From Trueperaceae bacterium (GTDB taxonomy: Bacteria; Deinococcota; Deinococci; Deinococcales; Trueperaceae), in assembly GCA_035703635.1 (NCBI GenBank), contig DASSXV010000033.1, positions 1 to 10,684 on the forward strand: 10,684 bases of DNA, read 5' to 3'. The notes below the pieces were generated by a model. That model worked only from the letters and a program-made list of their open reading frames with translations, had not been told where the DNA came from and ran no database searches. This document shows, piece after piece, positions 1 to 7,631 of the stretch. The position numbers and the translations under genes are program-made. How positions within the stretch are numbered: position 1 is the stretch's first letter; each line of letters begins with the position of its first letter.

Positions 1-456
1 GTGCGAGACGCTGCCGAGCACGCGGCTCATGTCGTCCACCAGCGCCGCGACGTCGCCGGGAGCGTCCACGCCGGACGCCGGGAGGCGGTACCACTTGAGG
101 AACGTGTCGAGCATGCTCGCCCACGTCTTGGAGTCGAGTTCCCCTGCCGTCCAGGAGGCAGGTAGGAGCTTGCGCTCGACCAGGTACTTGACCGTCTGGA
201 AGTTCGGGTCGTTCGTGTCTAGTGGAACGGGTTTGTCGTACTGCAGCGGCGGTAACGCTGGTTCGACGAGTTCGACGGCGCGGCGCAACACCGTGGCAGC
301 ATCGATCCCGGTCGGAGCGCTGCTAAGGGCCTCAGCAGGGAACGCCGAGGTTAGTTCGGCCTGGCAAACCTGAGCGTGCGCGCCCGCCGTCACACCAACG
401 ACGACTAGCGCCAGCAGTACGCGCCTCCAGGGGAACGACGTAACGAAGAAACGCAT
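1..456 (-). CDS. Secreted hypothetical protein (3' end runs off the window)
   Basis: Not in the ORF track. I translated an open frame from ATG at 456 to base 1: MRFFVTSFPWRRVLLALVVVGVTAGAHA|QVCQAELTSAF...DPNFQTVKYLVERKLLPASW... It has a Sec signal peptide with an AHA cleavage site, and TAAACT lies 6 nt upstream of the ATG. Confidence 0.8.
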   Translation of the reverse strand, partial: MRFFVTSFPWRRVLLALVVVGVTAGAHAQVCQAELTSAFPAEALSSAPTGIDAATVLRRAVELVEPALPPLQYDKPVPLDTNDPNFQTVKYLVERKLLPASWTAGELDSKTWASMLDTFLKWYRLPASGVDAPGDVAALVDDMSRVLGSVSH

Positions 457-481
457 GGGCCGAGTTTACCGGCCCATGCGT
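451..481 (-). terminator. Perfect 12-bp inverted repeat; likely intrinsic terminator of the lipoprotein gene
   Basis: ACGCATGGGCCG (451-462), 7-nt loop, CGGCCCATGCGT (470-481). On the minus strand it is followed by TTCTTCGTT. It lies 37 nt after the stop codon at 519. Confidence 0.6.
463..468 (-). promoter_or_regulatory. -10 box TAAACT for a leaderless transcript
   Basis: TAAACT-N6-ATG(456), with no Shine-Dalgarno (SD) sequence. Confidence 0.6.
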
Positions 482-518
482 GGACGATGTGAGAGGCGCG
501 GCTAGTGGCCGCTAGGGA

Positions 519-1352
519 TCAGGGTTGGCCCAATAGGGTGTACTGGCTGGTGGCGGGGGCGCCGGCACGACCGGCAGCTGACGATACGCGCAGGTAATCG
601 CCAGTGTAGACGTTCAAGGTGCCAGGGCCATTCAGCCCGCCGATGACGACCCCGGTTGGGTTGAGCAAGTCGATGCGCAGCCCGACTGGGTTACCCGGTG
701 CCGTAGAGAACTGCACGGTGCGCTGGCCACTCATCCGGTAGTAGTCGACGTCGCCGAGGAGCTCGATGGCGCCCTTATCACCGCTGCCTGAGAAGACGTC
801 GAAGGACGTCGCGGTGGTGGTCGCATCGTTCGGCTCGTTCATGTCCTGCTCGACGTCACCGTAGAAGTAGAGGCTGGTGCTGACAGGCGAGCCAGAGTTG
901 TTGACTACGCGGGCGTAGAAGCTGCGTGCAGACGGCCCCGGGAGGATGATGCAGCTGCCGCGGCAACTCGTTGCGACGCCGATGGCCTGCGTGTCGAGGT
1001 CGACAGCGTTGGCGGTCAGCCCGCCAGTGCCCCTAGCGAAGTAGCTGGGCCCGACGCTGGTAGCAACGATGCTGTAGGTGTTGGGGTCGCGCAACTCGAG
1101 TTGGAGGTTCGAGTTCAATTCGAGGTAGATGACGTCGAAGTTGTCGCTGACGCCGCTTGGCACGTCGAGCTTGAAGATGACGGCGCCACCAGCCGGAACG
1201 GCACCAGACCAGGCCACTGCGCCGGGATCGGTGCCGGCGCTGCGCGTCACATCTGGCGTTGGCGGACCAGACGGGGTGATGGTGATGTTACAGGCAGACA
1301 GCAAGAGCGTGGCCGCTACGGCGGCAGCGAGAACGAAGTTGAAGCGCTTCAT
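519..1352 (-). CDS. Lipoprotein with a C-terminal PPC-like (pre-peptidase C-terminal-type) beta domain
   Basis: 277 aa. Lipobox LSA-C at C21. SD AAGGAGG 6 nt upstream. Pro/Thr linker. Motif DMNEPNDATTTA...GAIELLGDVDYY is typical of PPC-like Ca-binding modules. Confidence 0.75.
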   Translation of the reverse strand: MKRFNFVLAAAVAATLLLSACNITITPSGPPTPDVTRSAGTDPGAVAWSGAVPAGGAVIFKLDVPSGVSDNFDVIYLELNSNLQLELRDPNTYSIVATSVGPSYFARGTGGLTANAVDLDTQAIGVATSCRGSCIILPGPSARSFYARVVNNSGSPVSTSLYFYGDVEQDMNEPNDATTTATSFDVFSGSGDKGAIELLGDVDYYRMSGQRTVQFSTAPGNPVGLRIDLLNPTGVVIGGLNGPGTLNVYTGDYLRVSSAAGRAGAPATSQYTLLGQP

Positions 1353-1384
1353 GGGTTGCCTCCTTCCGAACTATTCCGTCTAGC

Positions 1385-1390
1385 ACTCTA
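1385..1390 (-). promoter_or_regulatory. Putative -10 box TAGAGT of the lipoprotein gene
   Basis: TANNNT about 32 nt upstream of the ATG, in the intergenic region. Confidence 0.4.
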
Positions 1391-1460
1391 AGCCAGGTCG
1401 CCTCTCTCCTCATGGACGCATTCGCCTGGCGCCTTAATGAAGCGCCCATGAATCGCGGGG

Positions 1461-3092
1461 CTATTCGAGGATCATGAGGTACGCGTACAGGTCGGGCGCA
1501 CCTGGGTGGTCTTCCAGCTCGAGGTCAGGGTGGGAGGCGTTGATCCGCGCCACGAGTTCAGCGAGGCGCTCTGGGGTTGCCTCTGTCGAGTGGAAGAGGG
1601 TGGCGATCTCGTAGTCCTCCGCACGGCCCTCGAGCATGGCGAGGAGGCACGATTCCGCGTCGGCCGTGGCACTGACGAGCTTGCCGTCGACCAAGCCGAT
1701 GGCGTCACCTTCGCGGGTGGCGACGCCGTCGATCTCTGCGTCGCGGCTGGCGCGGGTGACTTCGAGGGTGAGGGAGCTCGTGGCCGCCTCCGCCATCTCC
1801 TTGAAGAGCTCATCTGGGTCGGCGTTCTCTTGGAACAGTACCGCGGCCGCGAGGCCCTGCCCAAGCGTGCGCGTGCGCAGCAGCCGCACGTCCTTGTCTG
1901 GCACGAGTTCGCCAACGCGCTCCGCGGCCATGATGACGTTCTTGTTGTTCGGCATGACGATCACGCTGTGCGCGCCGACGCTGCGCACGGCGTCGGCGAT
2001 GTCCTCGACCGATGGGTTATCCGTTTGACCGCCGCCTACCACGCGCACGCCGAGGCTGCGGAAAGCGCGGGTCACGCCGTAACCGTTGGCCACCGCCACG
2101 GCCGCGCTGCGTGGAGGCTCGGCGTGGGCGGCGTCGACATCGGCGAGGATCTCGGAGTGCTGCTCGCTCATGTCTTCGACCTTGGAGCGCACCATGCGGC
2201 CGAAGTGAGCGACGGCGGCGAGGAGCTTCTCCGGCTCCTCCGTGTGGATGTGGCCTTTGACGAAACCTTCCGCACCGACGACGAGCAGCGAGTCGCCGAA
2301 CGGCGCTACGAGGTCGCGGATGGTGCTCGTTGGTTCCTTGACGTCTGCCAGGAGGAACTCCGTGCAGAAACCGTATGCCTCTTCCTCGAACTGGTCCTGC
2401 GCGCGGCGCTCGACGACGGGTGGCGGCGGCAGGTCGCGCTGCTCGAAGTAGGCGAGCAAGCCGTCGAGCACGTGCAGGTAACCGAGGCCGCCCGCGTCCA
2501 CCACGCCTGCTTGCTTGAGGATGGGGAGGAGCTCTGGGGTGTGTTCGAGCGCCGTGTGGCCGGCGGCCAGCACGACCTTCAACAGGGCCGCTGGAGTGAC
2601 ACCGTGACCGTCGGTGGCGGCTGCGGCCGCCTCCAGCAGGTACTTCTCCCCCGCTGCCGCCGACTCGCGCACCACGGTCAAGATGGTGCCCTCGACCGGC
2701 TTCATGACCGCCGCGTAAGCCGACTCAGAACCGCTGAGCAGCGCCTCTGACAGGGCGGGCGCGTCGACGACCCTGAGGCTCTTGATGCTGTCGGCGAAGC
2801 CCTTGAGCACTTGTGAGAGGATCACGCCAGAGTTGCCGCGGGCGCCAAGGAGCGAGCCGTACGACAGGGCCCGCGCGACTTGCTCCATGCGCTCAGGGTT
2901 GTCAGCCACCAGCTGGCGCCGCACTGATTGCAGCGTGAGGTGCATGTTCGTGCCGGTGTCGCCGTCAGGCACGGGGTACACGTTGAGAGCGTTGACTTCC
3001 TCGACGTGGACGCCGAGCCATTCCGTGGCGAAGAGGAACGCCTTAGCGAGTGCGTGCGCTGTCCAGGCGTTAGCGCTGGCCCGGTCAGCCAC
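1461..3092 (-). CDS. fakA: DAK2-domain fatty acid kinase catalytic subunit (FakA/YloV family)
   Basis: 543 aa. Motifs LNVYPVPDGDTGTNM, GARGNSG, KPVEGT, VVDAGG, YGFCTE, HIH, GGQTDNPS and PNNKN. Lies downstream of an Asp23/YloU gene with an 8-nt overlap. Confidence 0.93.
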   Translation of the reverse strand: MADRASANAWTAHALAKAFLFATEWLGVHVEEVNALNVYPVPDGDTGTNMHLTLQSVRRQLVADNPERMEQVARALSYGSLLGARGNSGVILSQVLKGFADSIKSLRVVDAPALSEALLSGSESAYAAVMKPVEGTILTVVRESAAAGEKYLLEAAAAATDGHGVTPAALLKVVLAAGHTALEHTPELLPILKQAGVVDAGGLGYLHVLDGLLAYFEQRDLPPPPVVERRAQDQFEEEAYGFCTEFLLADVKEPTSTIRDLVAPFGDSLLVVGAEGFVKGHIHTEEPEKLLAAVAHFGRMVRSKVEDMSEQHSEILADVDAAHAEPPRSAAVAVANGYGVTRAFRSLGVRVVGGGQTDNPSVEDIADAVRSVGAHSVIVMPNNKNVIMAAERVGELVPDKDVRLLRTRTLGQGLAAAVLFQENADPDELFKEMAEAATSSLTLEVTRASRDAEIDGVATREGDAIGLVDGKLVSATADAESCLLAMLEGRAEDYEIATLFHSTEATPERLAELVARINASHPDLELEDHPGAPDLYAYLMILE

Positions 3093-3573
3093 GACTCACT
3101 CCAACCACCCGCACCCGCACGACGTCGAGCGTGATGCCCGCGTAGTGCAGCGCGGCGTACTTGACGCGCTCGCGAACGGAGTCCGCGACGACCGGGATGT
3201 TGACGCCGTACGCGACGACGACGTGCAGATCGACGTCGGCGTGCTTCTCGCCCTTCGGGTGTTCGATGACGACGCCCTCGTCTACTTGGCGTGCCCCAAG
3301 GAGGCGCCTCAGCCCCTCTGACATGCTTGCCGGCGCCATGCCGACGACACCTGGAACCTCGTGAGCTGACAGCCCGATGATGCTAGCTAGCGCGCCGTCC
3401 GAGACACGAACCTGATCGACGGTGCGGTCCTTGGCTTCTGGCTTCGTCTTACCGAACTGGCCGAGGATGTTCGGTACGCCCTTGGCAGTGGCTTTCCTCT
3501 TCAGGTCGCCCGTGTCGGACTCAGCCCCTGCTGGCGTCTGCGCCTCTGGTGGGCGCGTGTTCTCGTCGACCAT
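3085..3573 (-). CDS. Asp23/Gls24 (YloU-like) family protein
   Basis: Motifs EVPGVVGM, VDLHVVVAYGVNIPVVADSVRERVKY and VRVRVVGV. SD AGGAGG. Conserved yloU-yloV gene order. Confidence 0.92.
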   Translation of the reverse strand: MVDENTRPPEAQTPAGAESDTGDLKRKATAKGVPNILGQFGKTKPEAKDRTVDQVRVSDGALASIIGLSAHEVPGVVGMAPASMSEGLRRLLGARQVDEGVVIEHPKGEKHADVDLHVVVAYGVNIPVVADSVRERVKYAALHYAGITLDVVRVRVVGVSRG

Positions 3574-3647
3574 GCCTCAGTCCTCCTGGCGCGGGTTGGC
3601 GGGGGCCGGTCTCGGCGAGCCCCGTGCCCGCGCAGTGTTAGTGGGCC

Positions 3648-3653
3648 ATTCTA
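3648..3653 (-). promoter_or_regulatory. -10 box TAGAAT for the asp23-fakA operon
   Basis: Near-consensus -10 in the 109-nt intergenic region, about 74 nt upstream of the ATG. Confidence 0.55.
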
Positions 3654-3682
3654 CCGGACAGGGCTGGTGAGCCGCGGACGCA

Positions 3683-3904
3683 TCACTCCATGCCGGCCAA
3701 GAAGCCGATGCGCCTCAGGGCCCTGATGAGGTCCATGGCGGTCACTTCCGTCGGGTCGTACTCGACGGCGACGCGCGCTGCGTCACCCGGCGCCACCTCG
3801 AGCACGCCCGGCACCTCGCGCAGCGTGGCCATCACGCGCTCGCGGGCGGGTTCCGTGTCCATGCCGCGTACGCCCATCAGGACCCGCGCTACCTCGTCAG
3901 GCAC
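3683..3904 (-). CDS. Heavy-metal-associated (HMA)-fold small protein lacking CxxC
   Basis: 73 aa with an HMA pattern: VRGMxxxxxxxxVxxxLxxVPGV...VEYDP...LIRALRRIGF. GGAGG SD. GTG start overlaps the upstream stop codon by 8 nt. Confidence 0.8.
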   Translation of the reverse strand: MPDEVARVLMGVRGMDTEPARERVMATLREVPGVLEVAPGDAARVAVEYDPTEVTAMDLIRALRRIGFLAGME

Positions 3905-4373
3905 GCCGCGCCTCCGCCCAACCTTGCCCCCGCGCCCCTAGGACGAGTTGGAGCGTGACGTGGTCGTCTGGTAAGTAGCCCTCGCCAGTTAGCGCTTCGC
4001 GAAGCGCAACGTCGGAGGCCGGGGTGCGGAAGTAGAGGTCGTACACCCCGGAGTCGTAAGCGCTCTTGACTAGCGCCTTCACGAGGCTGGTGCTGGTAGT
4101 GGCGGCGGCCGCGCCCGCCACGGCTAAGCGCGCGGCGTGAACGGTAGGGCGCTCACCCGACCAGATGGCTTGGGCGAGGACGAAACCCGTCGTGCAGGTA
4201 GCGCCCGCCTCATCGACTTGCTCGGCCACGAACGAGTGACCGCTGCGCTCGAAGAAGCGCAGCGCGGCCAAGTTGACCAGCGGCTGCACTCCGTGAGCCG
4301 CCGCGTAGCCCGCGTCGATCACCATGGCGGCGTCAAGGTCAGCGTCTACCAGCGGCCGGATTCTGATGCTCAT
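3897..4373 (-). CDS. DUF1999 family protein (GNAT-like fold, Deinococcota)
   Basis: 158 aa. Signature ALRFFERSGHSFVA...GFVLAQAIWSGERPTV...ALVKSAYDSGVY recognised from the Thermus/Deinococcus family. Confidence 0.82.
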   Translation of the reverse strand: MSIRIRPLVDADLDAAMVIDAGYAAAHGVQPLVNLAALRFFERSGHSFVAEQVDEAGATCTTGFVLAQAIWSGERPTVHAARLAVAGAAAATTSTSLVKALVKSAYDSGVYDLYFRTPASDVALREALTGEGYLPDDHVTLQLVLGARGQGWAEARRA

Positions 4374-4380
4374 GCCTCGA

Positions 4381-4386
4381 AGTATA
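4381..4386 (-). promoter_or_regulatory. -10 box TATACT, leaderless start of the DUF1999 gene
   Basis: TATACT-N7-ATG(4373). Confidence 0.7.
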
Positions 4387-4421
4387 CGTTGGGCCCGCAG
4401 CAGCGGCGGTCCTGGCGCGGC

Positions 4422-5243
4422 TCACACCACTAGTGCTGCCGCGGCGCGCTCAGAGTCCTTAGCGTCCCATGGCGCGTAACCGGCCTCGACGAAGTACAAG
4501 CCCTGCGGCCCGACGTTGTGCCCGGCGCGTTGCCTGTCTCTGGCCTCGAGCACGCCCGGCAGGTCGTCTGGGCGCAGCTTGCCGCGCCCTACCCATAACA
4601 GCGTGCCGACGACCGTCCTAACCATGTTGCGCAGGAAGCCGTCAGCCGCGATGTGCAGGCGCACCTCGCCGCGCTCCTCGCGCAGGTCACACAAGTGAAC
4701 GGTGCGCACCGTCGTGCGCGTCTCCTGGGTAGCGAAGCTAGCGAAGTCGTGAGTGCCAAGGAGGTGCTCGGTCGCCGCTTGCATGGCGGCGATGTCGGGG
4801 CGCCAATGCACGGCCAGCAGCCTGTCACGTTGGATGGCCATCGCCCGCGGGTCGTCCCGCGTGACCCGCATGCGGTAGAGGTAACGGCGGTAGAGGCAGT
4901 CGAACTGCGCCTCGAAGTCTGGTGCTGCCGCCGACAGCGCGGTGACGGCAACGTCGGCAGGCAGGTGGGCGTTGAGGGCGAGGCGCAACTTGGCTTCCGG
5001 GATGGTCGAGGTCGTGTCCACGTGCGCGACCATCGCGAGCGCATGCACCCCAGCGTCGGTGCGGCCCGCCGCCAGGACGGCGGAATGGTCGCCTGGGAGG
5101 GCAGCGAACGCCGCCTCTAGGGTGGCCTGAACGGTGCGCTCACCGTGCGCTTGGCGCTGCCAACCGTAGAAGTCGGTGCCGTCGAACTCGAGCGTGAGCC
5201 GCAGGCGCCGCCTCACAGGAACAGTTGCGTCTTGCGGCGCCAC
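4422..5243 (-). CDS. truA: tRNA pseudouridine(38-40) synthase TruA
   Basis: Motifs FDGTDFYGWQRQ, AGRTDAGVHA (catalytic Asp), GTHDFASF, DGFLRNMVR and GPQGLY. Start placed at GTG 5243 (alternative GTG 5216). The track's start at 5381 overlaps the upstream gene. Confidence 0.95.
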   Translation of the reverse strand: MAPQDATVPVRRRLRLTLEFDGTDFYGWQRQAHGERTVQATLEAAFAALPGDHSAVLAAGRTDAGVHALAMVAHVDTTSTIPEAKLRLALNAHLPADVAVTALSAAAPDFEAQFDCLYRRYLYRMRVTRDDPRAMAIQRDRLLAVHWRPDIAAMQAATEHLLGTHDFASFATQETRTTVRTVHLCDLREERGEVRLHIAADGFLRNMVRTVVGTLLWVGRGKLRPDDLPGVLEARDRQRAGHNVGPQGLYFVEAGYAPWDAKDSERAAAALVV

Positions 5244-5247
5244 GCTA

Positions 5248-6129
5248 TCAGACGTTCTTCGTGGCGCTAGCCGCCACCACTGGCCCGCCGCTAAGGCGCA
5301 GCACGCGGCACGCGAGGGGCGCCACCAAGGTGCCAGTGAGGCCGATGGCGAGGTAGCGCAGGTACCCGCCGACGGCTCCACGCTTGAGTTCCTCAGGCAT
5401 CAGCGCTGAGCTGGCGCCCATGACTGCGGCGACGAGCAGGAGGCCAACCAGGCCCATCAACAGGCGACCGATGACGCTGCCATTCGCGCGGTGGGTGACG
5501 ACGGCAGGTCCGACAATGAAGGCGGAAACGACGCTGAGGTAGACGTTCGAGTTAGGCGTCGGCGCAAGGAGATGGAGGGCGAAAGGCGCCACTAGCCCAA
5601 GCGCCAAGGTCGCGACCGAACCTGGGCTCAAGGCCAGGCGTCTCACGAGCAGAGATGCGAGCACGATGATCGCGCCGAAAACCAGGCCGCCCCACACGTC
5701 GCGCGGAAAGTGCACGCCAAGGTAGACGCGCGATAGGGCGATCAGCCCCACGACGACTGCGGCGAGGACCCAGAACCAGAGACGCTTGAACTGCAAGGCA
5801 GCGAGCCCCCAGAAGATGATCGCCGACTGCGCGTGACCGGAGGGGAACGAGTTCCCCGGCGCCGTCTCGATCGCTGCGCCACTCCGCGCTACGGCCGGGT
5901 CGACCACGAACGGGCGCGGCGCCGCGACTTGCTCCTTGACCAGGTCGTTCAGGTAAGCCCCTGTGAGGAACACGACGCCTAGGCGCCGCCCGAACGCAGC
6001 GTCCACCGCCAGGTACGCGAGGATGAGCAAGACGGTGTATGCCTCCTGCGACCCAAGGTCGGTGACCAAGAGCATGAAGCGGTCGAGACCTGGGGAGGCG
6101 AAGCGCTGCAGGGCGAGGATGGTGTCCAC
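5248..6129 (-). CDS. PAP2-family membrane phosphatase (lipid or undecaprenyl-pyrophosphate phosphatase-like)
   Basis: Complete C1/C2/C3 motifs: KEQVAAPRP, SFPSGH and SRVYLGVHFPRDV. Several TM segments. GGAGG SD before GTG at 6129 (293 aa). Confidence 0.9.
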   Translation of the reverse strand: MDTILALQRFASPGLDRFMLLVTDLGSQEAYTVLLILAYLAVDAAFGRRLGVVFLTGAYLNDLVKEQVAAPRPFVVDPAVARSGAAIETAPGNSFPSGHAQSAIIFWGLAALQFKRLWFWVLAAVVVGLIALSRVYLGVHFPRDVWGGLVFGAIIVLASLLVRRLALSPGSVATLALGLVAPFALHLLAPTPNSNVYLSVVSAFIVGPAVVTHRANGSVIGRLLMGLVGLLLVAAVMGASSALMPEELKRGAVGGYLRYLAIGLTGTLVAPLACRVLRLSGGPVVAASATKNV

Positions 6130-6169
6130 TTGACCTCCGGAGGTGCGCTCGTGGGGCGCGGTGGCGAGG

Positions 6170-6178
6170 ATTGTACCA
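6170..6178 (-). promoter_or_regulatory. Extended -10 (TGgTACAAT) for the PAP2-truA transcript
   Basis: TGn plus TACAAT about 40 nt upstream of the GTG, in the divergent intergenic region. Confidence 0.6.
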
Positions 6179-6234
6179 GCGGCGGCAGGCGTCCGCCCTA
6201 CCCACCCGGCGCGCGTGAGGTGCGAGCATGGGGC

Positions 6235-7611
6235 GTGGCTACTCTCCCTCCAAGTGACGACACCATCGTCGCCATAGCCAGCGCGGCCGGGTTGGGCGCC
6301 ATCGGCGTAGTACGCGTTTCTGGCCCCGATGCGTTCAGCGTGGCTGACGCCGTCTTCAAACCCAAGCGCGGGGCGGCGCCGAGTACGCGGCCGGCAGGGC
6401 GCGTCGTGTACGGCGCGGTGGTGGCGGCGGGCGCCCTCGTAGACGAGGGCCTCCTCCTCACGTTCCGCGCGCCACGCTCTTATACCGGCCAGGACGTGGT
6501 CGAGCTCCAGACGCACGGCGGCGCGGCCGTGCTCCGCGCGACCTTGGACGCCTGCCTGGCGCAGGGGGCGCGCCTCGCGGGTCCGGGCGAGTTCACTCTG
6601 CGCGCCTACCTGGCTGGCCGGCTCGACCTCGTGCAGGCCGAGAGCGTCATGGACGTCGTCGAGGCGCAAACGGACGCCGCCAGGCGCAACGCGGCCTTCG
6701 GGTTGAGCGGCGCGCTCGGCAAGAGCCTCGGGGAGGTGCAGAGCGACTTGCTCGACGCTTACGCCGCCATCCAAGCCAACTTCGACTACCCGGATGAAGG
6801 CGTGCCAGAGCACGAGCTCGGCGCACCACTCGCCCGCGCTGCAGCCAGCCTCCGCGCCATGCTGGCGACTGCGGAGGCCGGGCGTTTGAGCAAGCAAGGC
6901 GCGCGCTTGGCGCTCCTCGGGCTACCTAACGCTGGCAAATCGAGTCTGCTCAACGCGCTCCTCGGTTACGAGCGCTCGTTGGTTAGCGCAACGCCCGGCA
7001 CGACGCGTGACTACCTCGAGGCGCCACTAAGCCTCGGCGGCGTGCCGCTTGTAGCGATAGACACGGCCGGCATCCGCACCGCAGGCGACCACATCGAGGC
7101 GAGCGGGGTGGAGTTGGCGCGGCGCATCGGCGCGCAAGCCGACTTGCGCCTGCTCCTCCTGGATGGCTCCGCGGCGATCACCGAAGCCGACCACGAGTTG
7201 CTTGCCAGCGTTGACCGCGAGCGCACCATCGTCGTCGTCACCAAGCAAGACGTCGGATGCGTCTGGCCGCTCGAAGCGGTGGCGTCGGGTCAGGAAGGGC
7301 GGCCCCCGCTGCGCGTGTCAGCTAGGACGGGCGCCGGGCTCGCCGAACTGAAAGCCGCCATAGTGACGGAGCTAGTCGGCGCGGCGCAGGGAGCCGAGGT
7401 CTGGATCGGCAACGAACGCCACGTCGCTGCCCTTACGGCCGCGCTGGCAGCCACTGAGCGCGCTGCTCAGCAGTCCGAGCTCGGTGGTCACGACCTCGCG
7501 GCCCTCGACTTGCAGGAGGCCCTCCAAGCGCTCGGGGCCGTAACGGGCCGTGAGTCCGTCACGGACGAGACGCTGGCGAGCATCTTCGCGCGCTTCTGCG
7601 TTGGTAAGTAG
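6235..7611 (+). CDS. mnmE: tRNA modification GTPase MnmE (TrmE)
   Basis: Motifs DTIVAIASAAG..AIGVVRVSG, PRSYTGQDVVE, PGEFTLRAYL, G1 GLPNAGKSS, PGTTRD, DTAG and C-terminal FCVGK. Start inferred at GTG 6235 (458 aa). Confidence 0.97.
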   Translation: MATLPPSDDTIVAIASAAGLGAIGVVRVSGPDAFSVADAVFKPKRGAAPSTRPAGRVVYGAVVAAGALVDEGLLLTFRAPRSYTGQDVVELQTHGGAAVLRATLDACLAQGARLAGPGEFTLRAYLAGRLDLVQAESVMDVVEAQTDAARRNAAFGLSGALGKSLGEVQSDLLDAYAAIQANFDYPDEGVPEHELGAPLARAAASLRAMLATAEAGRLSKQGARLALLGLPNAGKSSLLNALLGYERSLVSATPGTTRDYLEAPLSLGGVPLVAIDTAGIRTAGDHIEASGVELARRIGAQADLRLLLLDGSAAITEADHELLASVDRERTIVVVTKQDVGCVWPLEAVASGQEGRPPLRVSARTGAGLAELKAAIVTELVGAAQGAEVWIGNERHVAALTAALAATERAAQQSELGGHDLAALDLQEALQALGAVTGRESVTDETLASIFARFCVGK

Positions 7612-7631
7612 GCCCGCGGTGAGCGCCAGAA

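Noticed and set aside
29..373. 114-aa plus-strand ORF
   Set aside because: It is antisense to a better minus-strand gene (1-456) that has a signal peptide and a promoter.
1506..2750. 414-aa plus-strand ORF and other ORFs overlapping fakA
   Set aside because: These are antisense or alternate-frame shadows typical of high-GC coding DNA, with no recognisable motifs.
3640..3649. Micro-ORF ATG-GCC-CAC-TAA on the minus strand, ending at 3638
   Set aside because: Its ATG lies inside the -10 hexamer, so it would not be transcribed from that promoter.
5244..5381. N-terminal extension of TruA
   Set aside because: It overlaps the PAP2 3' end, and TruA homology begins at RRLRLTLEFDG.
6130..6234. 35-aa N-terminal extension of MnmE from TTG 6130
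   Set aside because: It spans the divergent promoter region, and homology starts near DDTIVAIA.
6130..6897. 549-aa ORF suggesting a long N-terminal fusion on the PAP2 protein
   Set aside because: The extension is the antisense shadow of mnmE. An SD with GTG at 6129 and a -10 box at 6170-6175 define the real start.
7612..7631. Terminator between convergent mnmE and DUF3809
   Set aside because: The gap is only 20 nt, with no convincing stem plus U-tract.
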